64,000 bases of DNA from Gemmatimonadota bacterium. GTDB lineage: Bacteria; Gemmatimonadota; Gemmatimonadetes; Gemmatimonadales; GWC2-71-9. The stretch covers positions 15,521-79,520 of the forward strand of contig JBDHJM010000004.1 in the NCBI GenBank assembly GCA_039586895.1, in the 5' to 3' direction. Every line of letters begins with the position of its first letter. Position 1 is the stretch's first letter. Position numbers and translations under genes: made by a program. Shown piece after piece: positions 26,757 to 34,341 of the stretch. The notes beneath the pieces are model-generated. The model had not been told where the DNA came from and searched no databases. It was given only the letters and a program-made list of their open reading frames with translations.

Positions 26757-28831
26757 TGGCCCTGAGGCTCGATCAGTCCGTCCAGTTCCTCAAGGGCGTG
26801 GGACCCCGGCGGGCGGAAGCGTTCACCCGAATGGGCGTGGACACCGTCGAGGATCTGCTGTACCACGTGCCGCACCGCTATCTCGACGCCACGACCGTGA
26901 CGCCGATCGCGAAGGCCGACGTCGGCAGCCAGGTCGCGGTCGTGGGACGCGTGGTTTCCAAGGCCGTGGTGCCCACACGCAAGCGGCTCCGCATCTTCCG
27001 CGCGGTGCTGCGCGACGACTCCGGAGTCATCGAGTGCGCCTGGCCCGGACAGGCCTTCCTGGACCGCGTCATCAAGCAGGGGCAGCTGCTGCTCGTCACC
27101 GGACCGGTGAAGTACTACCACGGACGCCAGATAGCGCCGCGGGAGCAGGTCGTGCTGGCGGACGCGGACGAGACGGGGGAGTCGGACGCCATTGCGGGCG
27201 GCATCGTGCTGCCTGTGTATCCCGCCACCGAGGGATTGAGCCACCGGCTGGTGCGCCGTCTGGTGGCCGATCATCTGGACGAGATGGTGGCCGTCGCGGA
27301 CGACACCCTTCCTCAGGGCCTGCGCCGCGCAGCCGGGGTGCCCGATCTGAGGGCCGCGTTTCTCCGCCTGCACCGCCCCGCGGCCCCCGGCGATTGGGAA
27401 GCGGGCCGGCGTCGGCTCGCGCTGGACGAGCTGTTCGACCTGCAGCTCGTCGTGGCACGTGCGCGGCACCTTGCGAAGGCGGCGCAGAAGGGACCTCACT
27501 TCGCACTCGAGAAGGCGCTCACCACGCAGCTCAAGCACGCGCTCCCGTTCGAGCTCACCGCCGGACAGAAGCGGGCCATTCGCGAGATCACCGCAGACAT
27601 GACCGGTGATGCGCGGATGCACCGCCTGCTGATGGGTGACGTGGGCACGGGCAAGACCGTGGTGGCGCTGTTCGCTATGCTGCTCGCCGTGGAGAACGGC
27701 TACCAGGCCGTGTTCATGGCGCCCACCGAGCTGCTGACCGAGCAGCACGGGCGCACCCTGGCGGAGCTGCTCGAGCCGCTCGGCATCAGGCCCGAGATCC
27801 TGCTCGGACGGCTGACCGCCGCCGAGAAGGCGGCCGTTCGCGAGCGCATTGCAGGCGGCGGCGCGCGTGTGGTGGTGGGCACCCACGCACTGATCCAGGA
27901 AGCCACCGACTTCCGGCGGCTCGGCCTGGTGGTGATCGACGAGCAGCACCGGTTCGGGGTGGAGCAGCGCTCGGCCCTGATCGAGAAGGGGGAGGCGCCC
28001 GACGTGCTGCTGCTCTCGGCCACCCCGATTCCGCGCACTCTCGCACTCACGCTGTACGGCGATCTGGACATCTCGGTGCTGAAGCAGAAGCCCAAGGGAC
28101 GCGCGCCGGTGAAGACGGGGGTCCGCTCCAGTAAGGACCGCGGCAAGGTGTACCAGTTCATCAAGGAGCGCGTGGCGCAGGGCCGCCAGGTGTACGTTGT
28201 GTATCCGGTGATCGAGGAGTCGGAGCGCACCGACCTGAAGGCGGCCACGACCATGGCTGAAGAGCTGGAGCGCAAGCTCGCGCCGCTGCGGGTGGGCCTC
28301 GTGCACGGGCGCGTGAAGGCGGAGGAGCGGGAAGCGACCATGCGCAGCTTCCGCGACGGTGAGCTCGACGTGCTGGTGGCCACGACCGTCATCGAGGTCG
28401 GCATCGACGTGCCCAATGCCACGGTGATGCTGATAGAGCACCCCGAGCGGTTCGGGCTGGCGCAGCTGCACCAACTGCGCGGCCGCGTGGGACGCGGCGC
28501 CGAGGAGAGCCACTGCATCCTCATGTGCGATGAAGGGAGCGCGCTGTCCCGGCTCAGGCGCTTCGCACGCACGCAGGACGGCTTCAAGATCGCCGAGCTG
28601 GATCTGCAGGAGCGCGGCATGGGGGAGCTGGCCGGCAAGCGTCAGGCGGGTGGATTCAGCCTGCGCTACGCCGACCTGGAGGCGGATGGCGACCTCGTGG
28701 TGGCAGCTCGCAAGGCCGCTCTAACGCTGATCGAGCGCGACTCCACCCTGTCCGCGCCGGAGAACGCGCCGCTGCGCGCCCGCATCGAGCGCCGCTACGA
28801 GCGCGGCATGGAGCTGTTCCGGGTGGGGTAG
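26756..28831 (+). CDS. recG: ATP-dependent DNA helicase RecG
   Basis: Wedge/OB N-terminus and helicase motifs GDVGTGKT, DEQHRFG, SATPIPRTL and QLHQLRGRVGRG. TGATG junction with ftsY. Confidence 0.95.
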   Translation: MALRLDQSVQFLKGVGPRRAEAFTRMGVDTVEDLLYHVPHRYLDATTVTPIAKADVGSQVAVVGRVVSKAVVPTRKRLRIFRAVLRDDSGVIECAWPGQAFLDRVIKQGQLLLVTGPVKYYHGRQIAPREQVVLADADETGESDAIAGGIVLPVYPATEGLSHRLVRRLVADHLDEMVAVADDTLPQGLRRAAGVPDLRAAFLRLHRPAAPGDWEAGRRRLALDELFDLQLVVARARHLAKAAQKGPHFALEKALTTQLKHALPFELTAGQKRAIREITADMTGDARMHRLLMGDVGTGKTVVALFAMLLAVENGYQAVFMAPTELLTEQHGRTLAELLEPLGIRPEILLGRLTAAEKAAVRERIAGGGARVVVGTHALIQEATDFRRLGLVVIDEQHRFGVEQRSALIEKGEAPDVLLLSATPIPRTLALTLYGDLDISVLKQKPKGRAPVKTGVRSSKDRGKVYQFIKERVAQGRQVYVVYPVIEESERTDLKAATTMAEELERKLAPLRVGLVHGRVKAEEREATMRSFRDGELDVLVATTVIEVGIDVPNATVMLIEHPERFGLAQLHQLRGRVGRGAEESHCILMCDEGSALSRLRRFARTQDGFKIAELDLQERGMGELAGKRQAGGFSLRYADLEADGDLVVAARKAALTLIERDSTLSAPENAPLRARIERRYERGMELFRVG

Positions 28832-28929
28832 GGGCCAGCTGGCACGGCCCCGTGCGCTCCCGGAGCTCCCCGCCAGACATCACCAAACCCATGACTGACA
28901 ACAACTTACATGCAGCCGGCCCGGGTGGG

Positions 28930-28957
28930 TTGACATATCAACAATCGTTGATATAAT
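28930..28957 (+). promoter_or_regulatory. Consensus sigma70 promoter of arsR (TTGACA-16 nt-TATAAT)
   Basis: Both hexamers are perfect. The -10 ends 5 nt before the arsR ATG (28963) and there is no SD, so a leaderless transcript is predicted. Confidence 0.65.
28935..28954. promoter_or_regulatory. Perfect 8-4-8 palindrome ATATCAAC-AATC-GTTGATAT (candidate ArsR operator)
   Basis: Read directly from the sequence. It spans the promoter spacer and overlaps the last base of the -35 and the first three bases of the -10. Confidence 0.55.
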
Positions 28958-28962
28958 GCGTC

Positions 28963-29289
28963 ATGCCCAAGACGCAACGACCCGACCTGTCGCAGGCCCT
29001 GGTCCGCTACCGCGCGCTCTCCGACGAGACGCGGATGCAGATCATGCACATGCTGGTGGGAAAGGAACGCTGCGTTTGTGAGCTGGCCGATGCGCTTTCG
29101 GTGTCGCAGCCGCTGCTGTCGCACCATCTCAAGACGCTGAGGGAGAGCGGGCTGGTGCAGGTCAGGCGCAGCGGGCGCTGGATGCATTACTCGCTCGACG
29201 CAGACGCGCTGGACGAGGCGGCGGGCGCTCTCGCGGAGGTGGCTGCCAGCCACCGGAAGACTGCCCAGATCAAGCGGATGTGCTGCTGA
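28963..29289 (+). CDS. arsR: ArsR/SmtB family metalloregulator
   Basis: Winged HTH (LSVSQPLLSHHLKTLRESGLV) and a CVC metalloid-binding motif (ERCVCELADAL). Confidence 0.88.
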   Translation: MPKTQRPDLSQALVRYRALSDETRMQIMHMLVGKERCVCELADALSVSQPLLSHHLKTLRESGLVQVRRSGRWMHYSLDADALDEAAGALAEVAASHRKTAQIKRMCC

Positions 29290-29307
29290 TTTTTTTTGGC
29301 TGAACGC

Positions 29308-29323
29308 ATAAACGAACGTTGAT
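29308..29323. promoter_or_regulatory. Second, imperfect copy of the ArsR box (ATAAAC-GAAC-GTTGAT) upstream of arsM
   Basis: Same 6-4-6 geometry as the core of the first palindrome (ATCAAC-AATC-GTTGAT), with one arm mismatch. It lies 17 nt before the arsM GTG. Confidence 0.4.
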
Positions 29324-29340
29324 GTAACGGAGGAGGGATC

Positions 29341-30135
29341 GTGGCGGACAATCTGAAGGAAACAGTGAGGGACCACTACGCGGAGGCCGCGCGCAGGGCC
29401 GCGGACGGGCAGGTTGCCGACAGCGTGGAGGAGGCGGCGCGCGAGCTGGCTCTGTGCTGCGACGACAGCGGCCAGAGCTGCTGCGGCGAGCCCGTGGCGC
29501 TGAGCTTCTACGGTGAGAGAGAGCTGGACGAGCTGCCGCCCAAGGCCGCGCTCGCATCGCTGGGCTGCGGCAACCCCACGGTGCTGGCCGAGCTGGCGGA
29601 AGGGGAAGTGGTGCTGGACCTCGGATCGGGCGGCGGCATCGATGTGCTGCTTTCCGCCAAGCGGGTCGGCACCAGCGGCAAGGCCTACGGGCTGGATATG
29701 ACCGACGAGATGCTGGAGCTGGCGCGCGAGAACCAGCGCAAAGCCGGGGTCGAGAACGTGGAGTTCCTCAAGGGGGAGATCGAGGACATTCCGCTGCAGG
29801 ACGAATCGGTCGACGTGATCATCTCCAACTGCGTGATCAACCTCTCGGCCGACAAGGACGCCGTTCTGCGCGAAGCGTATCGAGTGCTGCGGCCGGGCGG
29901 CCGGTTCGCGGTGAGCGACATAGTGGCGCGCAGCCCGATTCCCCAGAACTTACGGCAGGACGCCGCGAAGTGGTCGGCGTGCCTCTCGGGCGCGCTCGAA
30001 GAGGCGGACTATCGTGGAAAGCTGGCGGACGCTGGGTTCGAGGGAGTGGACGTGGAGGCCGAGCGCACCTTCGCGATCACCGGCGCGGGGCAGTTCATGA
30101 GCGCATTCGTCCGCGCTACCAAGCCGGCGCGCTAG
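29341..30135 (+). CDS. arsM: Arsenite S-adenosylmethionine methyltransferase ArsM-like
   Basis: SAM-MTase motif VLDLGSGGGID plus cysteines at positions typical of ArsM (CCDDSGQSCC, LGCGNP, SNCVINL, WSACLSG). GGAGGAGGG SD precedes the GTG start. Confidence 0.83.
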   Translation: MADNLKETVRDHYAEAARRAADGQVADSVEEAARELALCCDDSGQSCCGEPVALSFYGERELDELPPKAALASLGCGNPTVLAELAEGEVVLDLGSGGGIDVLLSAKRVGTSGKAYGLDMTDEMLELARENQRKAGVENVEFLKGEIEDIPLQDESVDVIISNCVINLSADKDAVLREAYRVLRPGGRFAVSDIVARSPIPQNLRQDAAKWSACLSGALEEADYRGKLADAGFEGVDVEAERTFAITGAGQFMSAFVRATKPAR

Positions 30136-30177
30136 CCAGCGCGCCGCGCGCATTCAGGGGCCGGTTGGGCTACCCGC

Positions 30178-30516
30178 TCAGCCGGCCTCTGCTTCGTCTG
30201 CTTTCGCCGCCAGGATGAAGTCGCTCTCGGTGAGGCCGTCGATCTTGTGGGTCCAGATGGTGAGGCGGACCTTGCCCCACGCCAGGTAGATGTCGGGGTG
30301 ATGCCCCTCTGCCTCGGCGATCGCGCCGACCCGGTTGGTGAAGTCGAGTGCCTGCGCGAAGTCCTCGAACGAGTACTCCTTTTCGAGGTGGTGCTCCTCG
30401 ACCGCCTGCCAGCCGGTGCCCAGCAGGGCCATCAGCTCGGTGATCTGGGCACCCTTGAGCGGCGGTACGCCGCCGCGGCACGGGACGCAGTGCTTCTTGG
30501 AGAGATCTTCTGTCAT
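30178..30516 (-). CDS. phhB: Pterin-4-alpha-carbinolamine dehydratase
   Basis: 112 aa with the EGHHPD signature and the ...TH...GLTE.DF.LA pattern. Confidence 0.9.
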   Translation of the reverse strand: MTEDLSKKHCVPCRGGVPPLKGAQITELMALLGTGWQAVEEHHLEKEYSFEDFAQALDFTNRVGAIAEAEGHHPDIYLAWGKVRLTIWTHKIDGLTESDFILAAKADEAEAG

Positions 30517-30521
30517 CGTAT

Positions 30522-31052
30522 TCAGAACTTCAGGCTGAGTCCCAGTTCGGTGGGGGTGGAGTAGACCTCTAGAGGAGTGTACGGGATGTTCTTCGGCTTG
30601 TCATCGTCGTAGAGCAGATCCACCAGGAACATGCCGCCCGTGAACACCAGCGTGATCTGCCCGCCCAGCAAGAGGTTCTGTGCCCGCTGTCTGTGGGTGG
30701 CATAATCCTGGAACAGCGACTCCACCTGGGGGTCCGCATACACCGGGCCGCCGGGCCCGGAGACGATCTCGCAGTTGGCCAACGTCTGACCGTCGTTGAA
30801 CAGATCAGGTTCGCAGAGGTTCCGCATCTGGTCCAGGGCGTCGTCCGCGGTCGCAGCGTTCACGCCGGCGCCAACGATGAGCGCGCCGCTGAGAGCGAGG
30901 CCGGCCCAGCGGCCCCAGTGCGACACGCTGGCGTACCACGGCCTGCCTCCCGAAGTCTGACTCGTGAACTCCTCCTGCGCGTGGAGCTCAGCGAGCGGGA
31001 GCGTTGCCAGCAGGGCGGCGAGGGCCGCGGTCGTGATAGCAGTGCGGAGCAT
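30522..31052 (-). CDS. Small secreted protein of unknown function
   Basis: Signal peptide (TAALAALLATLPLAELHAQ) and C-terminal ...LGLSLKF ending in Phe. Sits 5 nt upstream of phhB on the same strand. Confidence 0.5.
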   Translation of the reverse strand: MLRTAITTAALAALLATLPLAELHAQEEFTSQTSGGRPWYASVSHWGRWAGLALSGALIVGAGVNAATADDALDQMRNLCEPDLFNDGQTLANCEIVSGPGGPVYADPQVESLFQDYATHRQRAQNLLLGGQITLVFTGGMFLVDLLYDDDKPKNIPYTPLEVYSTPTELGLSLKF

Positions 31053-31082
31053 CGTGCGTCTCCTGCTCTACCCCCGCACCCG

Positions 31083-32243
31083 TCATTGTTCCGGGACGGG
31101 TGCGCCCAGCACATGAAGCTTACCGCGCCCGTCCAGAATGAAAAGCTCTCCCCCATCCACCACGGGCGGCTGGTCGATGGGTGGCCGGAACTGACGGCGC
31201 CAGCGGGGCTCCGGATCGCCTGGCACCACCCACCATATCTCCCCCTCCACCGTGCCGAGGAGGACGCCCTCGCCGAGCGGCACGGCCGTGGCGCGGACGG
31301 TCACCCCGAGCGCAAGCGTAAGCGCGCCGGCCGGGTCGCGCAGTGGTATACGCCACAGCGTGCCGTGCAGCGTCACGACGAAAACCGTGTCGCGCGCGAT
31401 TGCCGGGGCGCCGAATACCGGCTCTCCCAGGGGCTGCTCCCACAGCTGATCCAGAGTGGTACGGTCATACGCGGCGACGAACCCGTCCGGTGTGGTCACC
31501 ACCAGCACGCTGCCGCTCACTGCCGGCGGACTGATGACGGTGCCCGGAGTCAAGGCGCTCGCCTCCACTTGGCCGTCTTCGGCCCCGACCAGGAACAGGG
31601 AGTCTTCGGTGGCCACTATGAGCAGGGAGTCGAGCACCGTCACGCCCGCCCGCAGCGGCCGCGGGAAGGGGCGGCTCCAATGCGGCTCGCCGGTGGCGGC
31701 GTCAAAGGAGAACAGCCAGCCGGTCGCGGTGGCAGCGAACACGCGCGCTCCCCGTACGGCGAGCGGACCGGCCACGGGCCCGATGGTCGCATCCCACCGC
31801 TTCTTGCCGGTGCCGAACTCATAGCCGTGCAGCCTTCCCTTGGCGTCGCCGGATGCGGCGAACACCATCTCACCGTCGAACACGGCGCCGGTGGCACTCG
31901 GACCCTTGAGGCGCGACTGCCACACGCGAGCGCCGCTGTGTCTCAGGTAGAGCGACAGCTTGTTGTCCGATCCCTGGGTTACCACGACGCTGTCTCCCAG
32001 GGCGACGGGCCCGGCGGCGGAGCGTCCGATTCCCGCGTCCCACAGCAGTACGAGCGAGTCGGGCAGGTGTTCGCCCGCGGAGGGCGACCTGTCGGGTTCT
32101 CCCAGGTACGTCGTCGAGTGGCGCGGCTCCACCTGGGGCGGAGGCACCGCTCTCGTGGAGCACGCGAGCGCGTTGACACCGATGAAGGCTGCGGCTACGA
32201 TACCGGCCGCATGCCGGAGCCGATACGTATCAGCGAGCTTCAC
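31083..32243 (-). CDS. PQQ-like beta-propeller lipoprotein (BamB-like)
   Basis: Signal/lipobox-like AAAFIGVNALAC, then repeated propeller blades (...G..W...). Only the C-terminal 387 codons of minus ORF 31083..33458 are credited. GTG start at 32243 (alternative 32249). Confidence 0.7.
   Translation of the reverse strand: MKLADTYRLRHAAGIVAAAFIGVNALACSTRAVPPPQVEPRHSTTYLGEPDRSPSAGEHLPDSLVLLWDAGIGRSAAGPVALGDSVVVTQGSDNKLSLYLRHSGARVWQSRLKGPSATGAVFDGEMVFAASGDAKGRLHGYEFGTGKKRWDATIGPVAGPLAVRGARVFAATATGWLFSFDAATGEPHWSRPFPRPLRAGVTVLDSLLIVATEDSLFLVGAEDGQVEASALTPGTVISPPAVSGSVLVVTTPDGFVAAYDRTTLDQLWEQPLGEPVFGAPAIARDTVFVVTLHGTLWRIPLRDPAGALTLALGVTVRATAVPLGEGVLLGTVEGEIWWVVPGDPEPRWRRQFRPPIDQPPVVDGGELFILDGRGKLHVLGAPVPEQ
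32173..32201 (+). promoter_or_regulatory. Candidate asnS promoter (TTGACA-17 nt-TACGAT)
   Basis: Perfect -35 hexamer. The -10 ends 9 nt before the asnS ATG and there is no SD. It lies inside the signal-peptide coding region of the divergent lipoprotein gene. Confidence 0.55.
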
Positions 32244-33509
32244 GCGCACGAGGGCCAGGAGGTGGCGGTCCGCGGGTGGGTGATGACGACTCGATCCAGC
32301 GGGAAGATCGGGTTCGCCACGCTGCGTGACGGAACCGGATACCTCCAGGTCGTCGTTGCCAAGAAGGAAGTGGACGACGCCGTCTGGGATGCGTTCCGCG
32401 GGCTCACGCAGGAGACCAGCGTGGCGGTGACGGGGCTCGTGCGGGCGGACGACCGCGCGCCGGGCGGTGTCGAGCTCACCGTGTCCGGCATAGCGGTGCT
32501 CGGAGCGAGCACGGACTTCCCAATCACTCCCAAGGAACACGGCACCGCCTTTCTGTTCGAGCGCCGCCACCTGTGGCTGCGCAGCCGCCGCCAGGTAGCC
32601 ATCATGCGCGTGCGGCACGAGGTAGTCCAGGCGATCCGCGACTTCTTCCACGAGCGCGGCTTCGTACTCGTGGACACGCCGATACTGACCGGCTCCATCG
32701 GAGAATCGGCCGGCACTCTGTTCGAGACCGAGTACTTCGACCACGGGTCCGCATACCTGGCACAGACGGGACAGCTCTATCTGGAGGCCGCCGCCGCGGC
32801 GCTGGGCAAGGTCTACTGCTTCGGGCCCACCTTCCGCGCCGAAAAGTCCAAGACCCGGCGCCACCTCACCGAGTTCTGGATGGTGGAGCCCGAGGTCGCC
32901 TGGTACGACTCTGAAGACAACATGAGGCTGCAGGAGGACTTCGTCTCCTACATCGTGAGCCGCTGTCTGGAGCGGCGTGCCGCCGAGCTCGCGGAGCTCG
33001 AGCGGGACACCGCACCGCTGGAGCGGGTCGCGCCCCCGTTCGCCCGCATCTCCTACACCGACGCTATAGCCAAGCTGGGTGAGCTCGGCTCGGACGTCGA
33101 GTGGGGCCAAGACCTGGGCGGGGACGAGGAAACCCTGCTGGCCGGCGCCTTCGACCGCCCGGTGTTCGTCTACAACTACCCCAGGGCCGTGCGTGCGTTC
33201 TACATGAAGCAAAACCCCGAGGACCCCCGCACGGTTCTCAACAACGACTGCCTTGCTCCCGAGGGCTACGGTGAGATCATCGGAGGCAGCCAGCGTGAGG
33301 ACGACCACGACCTGCTGCTCGGCCGGATCCGGGAGCTGGGCCTGCCCGAAGAGGCGTACGGCTGGTACCTCGACCTGCGCAAGTACGGCACGTACGTGCA
33401 CTCCGGGTTCGGCCTCGGAGTGGAGCGCACCGTGGCGTGGATCTGCGGCATCCCCCACGTGCGCGAAGCGATCGCATTCCCCCGGATGATGACCCGGCTC
33501 TACCCGTAG
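32211..33509 (+). CDS. asnS: Asparagine--tRNA ligase
   Basis: OB-fold N-terminus (QEVAVRGWVMTTRSSGKIGFATLRDGTGYLQ) and class II motifs (FRAEKS, GFGLGVER). ATG 32211 lies in frame within ORF 30693..33509. Confidence 0.93.
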   Translation: MPEPIRISELHAHEGQEVAVRGWVMTTRSSGKIGFATLRDGTGYLQVVVAKKEVDDAVWDAFRGLTQETSVAVTGLVRADDRAPGGVELTVSGIAVLGASTDFPITPKEHGTAFLFERRHLWLRSRRQVAIMRVRHEVVQAIRDFFHERGFVLVDTPILTGSIGESAGTLFETEYFDHGSAYLAQTGQLYLEAAAAALGKVYCFGPTFRAEKSKTRRHLTEFWMVEPEVAWYDSEDNMRLQEDFVSYIVSRCLERRAAELAELERDTAPLERVAPPFARISYTDAIAKLGELGSDVEWGQDLGGDEETLLAGAFDRPVFVYNYPRAVRAFYMKQNPEDPRTVLNNDCLAPEGYGEIIGGSQREDDHDLLLGRIRELGLPEEAYGWYLDLRKYGTYVHSGFGLGVERTVAWICGIPHVREAIAFPRMMTRLYP

Positions 33510-33513
33510 CCGC

Positions 33514-34302
33514 TCAACTCTCCTCGCCCTTCGCTTCGTCCCACAGCCGGTCCAGCGCGTCCAGACCGGACGTGTGCATCTCGACGCCGCGCTCCGCTGC
33601 CAGCGCCTCGATGCGGCGGAACCGGGTCTCGAACTTGCCGTTGGCGCCCTCCAGTGCGGCGCGCGGGTCGCAGCCCAGCTTGCGTGCCAGGTTCACGACG
33701 GCAAACAGGAGATCGCCGATCTCCCCCGCCACGCGCTCCTGCTCCGCGCCGTCGTCCAGCTCACTGTCGAGCTCCGCCAGCTCCTCGCGGACCTTCTCCA
33801 GCGGTCCGTGCGCGTCGGGCCAGTCGAAGCCGACTCCGGCGGCGCGCTCCTGCAGCCGGTAGGCCTGCAGCAGAGCGGGCAGGGTTGGGGGCAGTCCGTC
33901 CAGCACGCTGGGCGGCTCGTCGCCGTGCTCGCTCAGCTTGGTGCGCTCCCAGGTGTCGCGCTCCAGCTGGACCGGCGCGCCGTCCTGCTTGTCGGGAAAC
34001 AGGTGCGGGTGCCGGCGCCACATCTTGCGCTCAACGGCGCGCGTGAGGTCCTCGGCACCGAACCGTCCTGCCTCCTCGGCGAGCACGATCTGGAAGGCCA
34101 CGTGCAGGTAGACGTCACCCAGCTCGGTGAGCAGCTCGGCTGGTTCGTGGGCGATTGCGTGGTCGAGCTCGAGTGCCTCTTCCACGAGATAGGGACGCAG
34201 CGTCTGCGGCGTCTGGGCGGCATCCCACGGACACCGCTGCCGCAGCTCGCGCACGAGCTCGACGATGCGTCCAAGCGCTGATGGTTCTTGCATTTGCGTC
34301 AT
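33514..34302 (-). CDS. mazG: Nucleoside triphosphate pyrophosphohydrolase MazG
   Basis: Tandem MazG domains (CPWDAAQT, EEALELDHAI, ELGDVYLHV; second copy GEIGDLLFAVVNLARKLG). ATG 34302 (alternative 34293). Confidence 0.9.
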   Translation of the reverse strand: MTQMQEPSALGRIVELVRELRQRCPWDAAQTPQTLRPYLVEEALELDHAIAHEPAELLTELGDVYLHVAFQIVLAEEAGRFGAEDLTRAVERKMWRRHPHLFPDKQDGAPVQLERDTWERTKLSEHGDEPPSVLDGLPPTLPALLQAYRLQERAAGVGFDWPDAHGPLEKVREELAELDSELDDGAEQERVAGEIGDLLFAVVNLARKLGCDPRAALEGANGKFETRFRRIEALAAERGVEMHTSGLDALDRLWDEAKGEES

Positions 34303-34316
34303 TGCGCCGGTACAAT
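34288..34316 (+). promoter_or_regulatory. Candidate alr promoter (TTGCAT-17 nt-TACAAT)
   Basis: The -35 lies inside mazG codons 4-5 on the opposite strand. The -10 ends 12 nt before the alr GTG 34329. Confidence 0.45.
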
Positions 34317-34341
34317 ACGCGCCGGTCTGTGAACGTGTCAA
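34312..34341 (-). promoter_or_regulatory. Candidate mazG promoter (TTGACA-18 nt-TATTGT, minus strand)
   Basis: The -35 (34341..34336) lies inside the first alr codons. The -10 (34317..34312) is the reverse complement of the alr -10 core. It ends 9 nt before the mazG ATG. Confidence 0.45.

Noticed and set aside
26261-28513. 750-aa ORF on the minus strand
   Set aside because: It is antisense to recG and ftsY, which have clear helicase and SRP-GTPase motifs. The sequence is low-complexity and Arg/His/Gly-rich. It is a GC-driven shadow ORF.
28831-28851. GGGGCC...GGCCCC hairpin right after recG as a terminator
   Set aside because: It has only a 6-bp stem, a 9-nt loop and no U tract. It may contribute to termination but is not convincing on sequence alone.
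30693-32210. Upstream extension of the asnS reading frame (ORF 30693..33509)
   Set aside because: It overlaps the minus-strand secreted-protein and propeller genes and has no motifs. The AsnS N-terminus and a promoter both point to ATG 32211.
32244-33458. N-terminal 400 codons of minus-strand ORF 31083..33458
   Set aside because: This part is antisense to asnS, which has class II aaRS motifs. Only the portion from the GTG at 32243 downward encodes a coherent signal peptide plus propeller protein.
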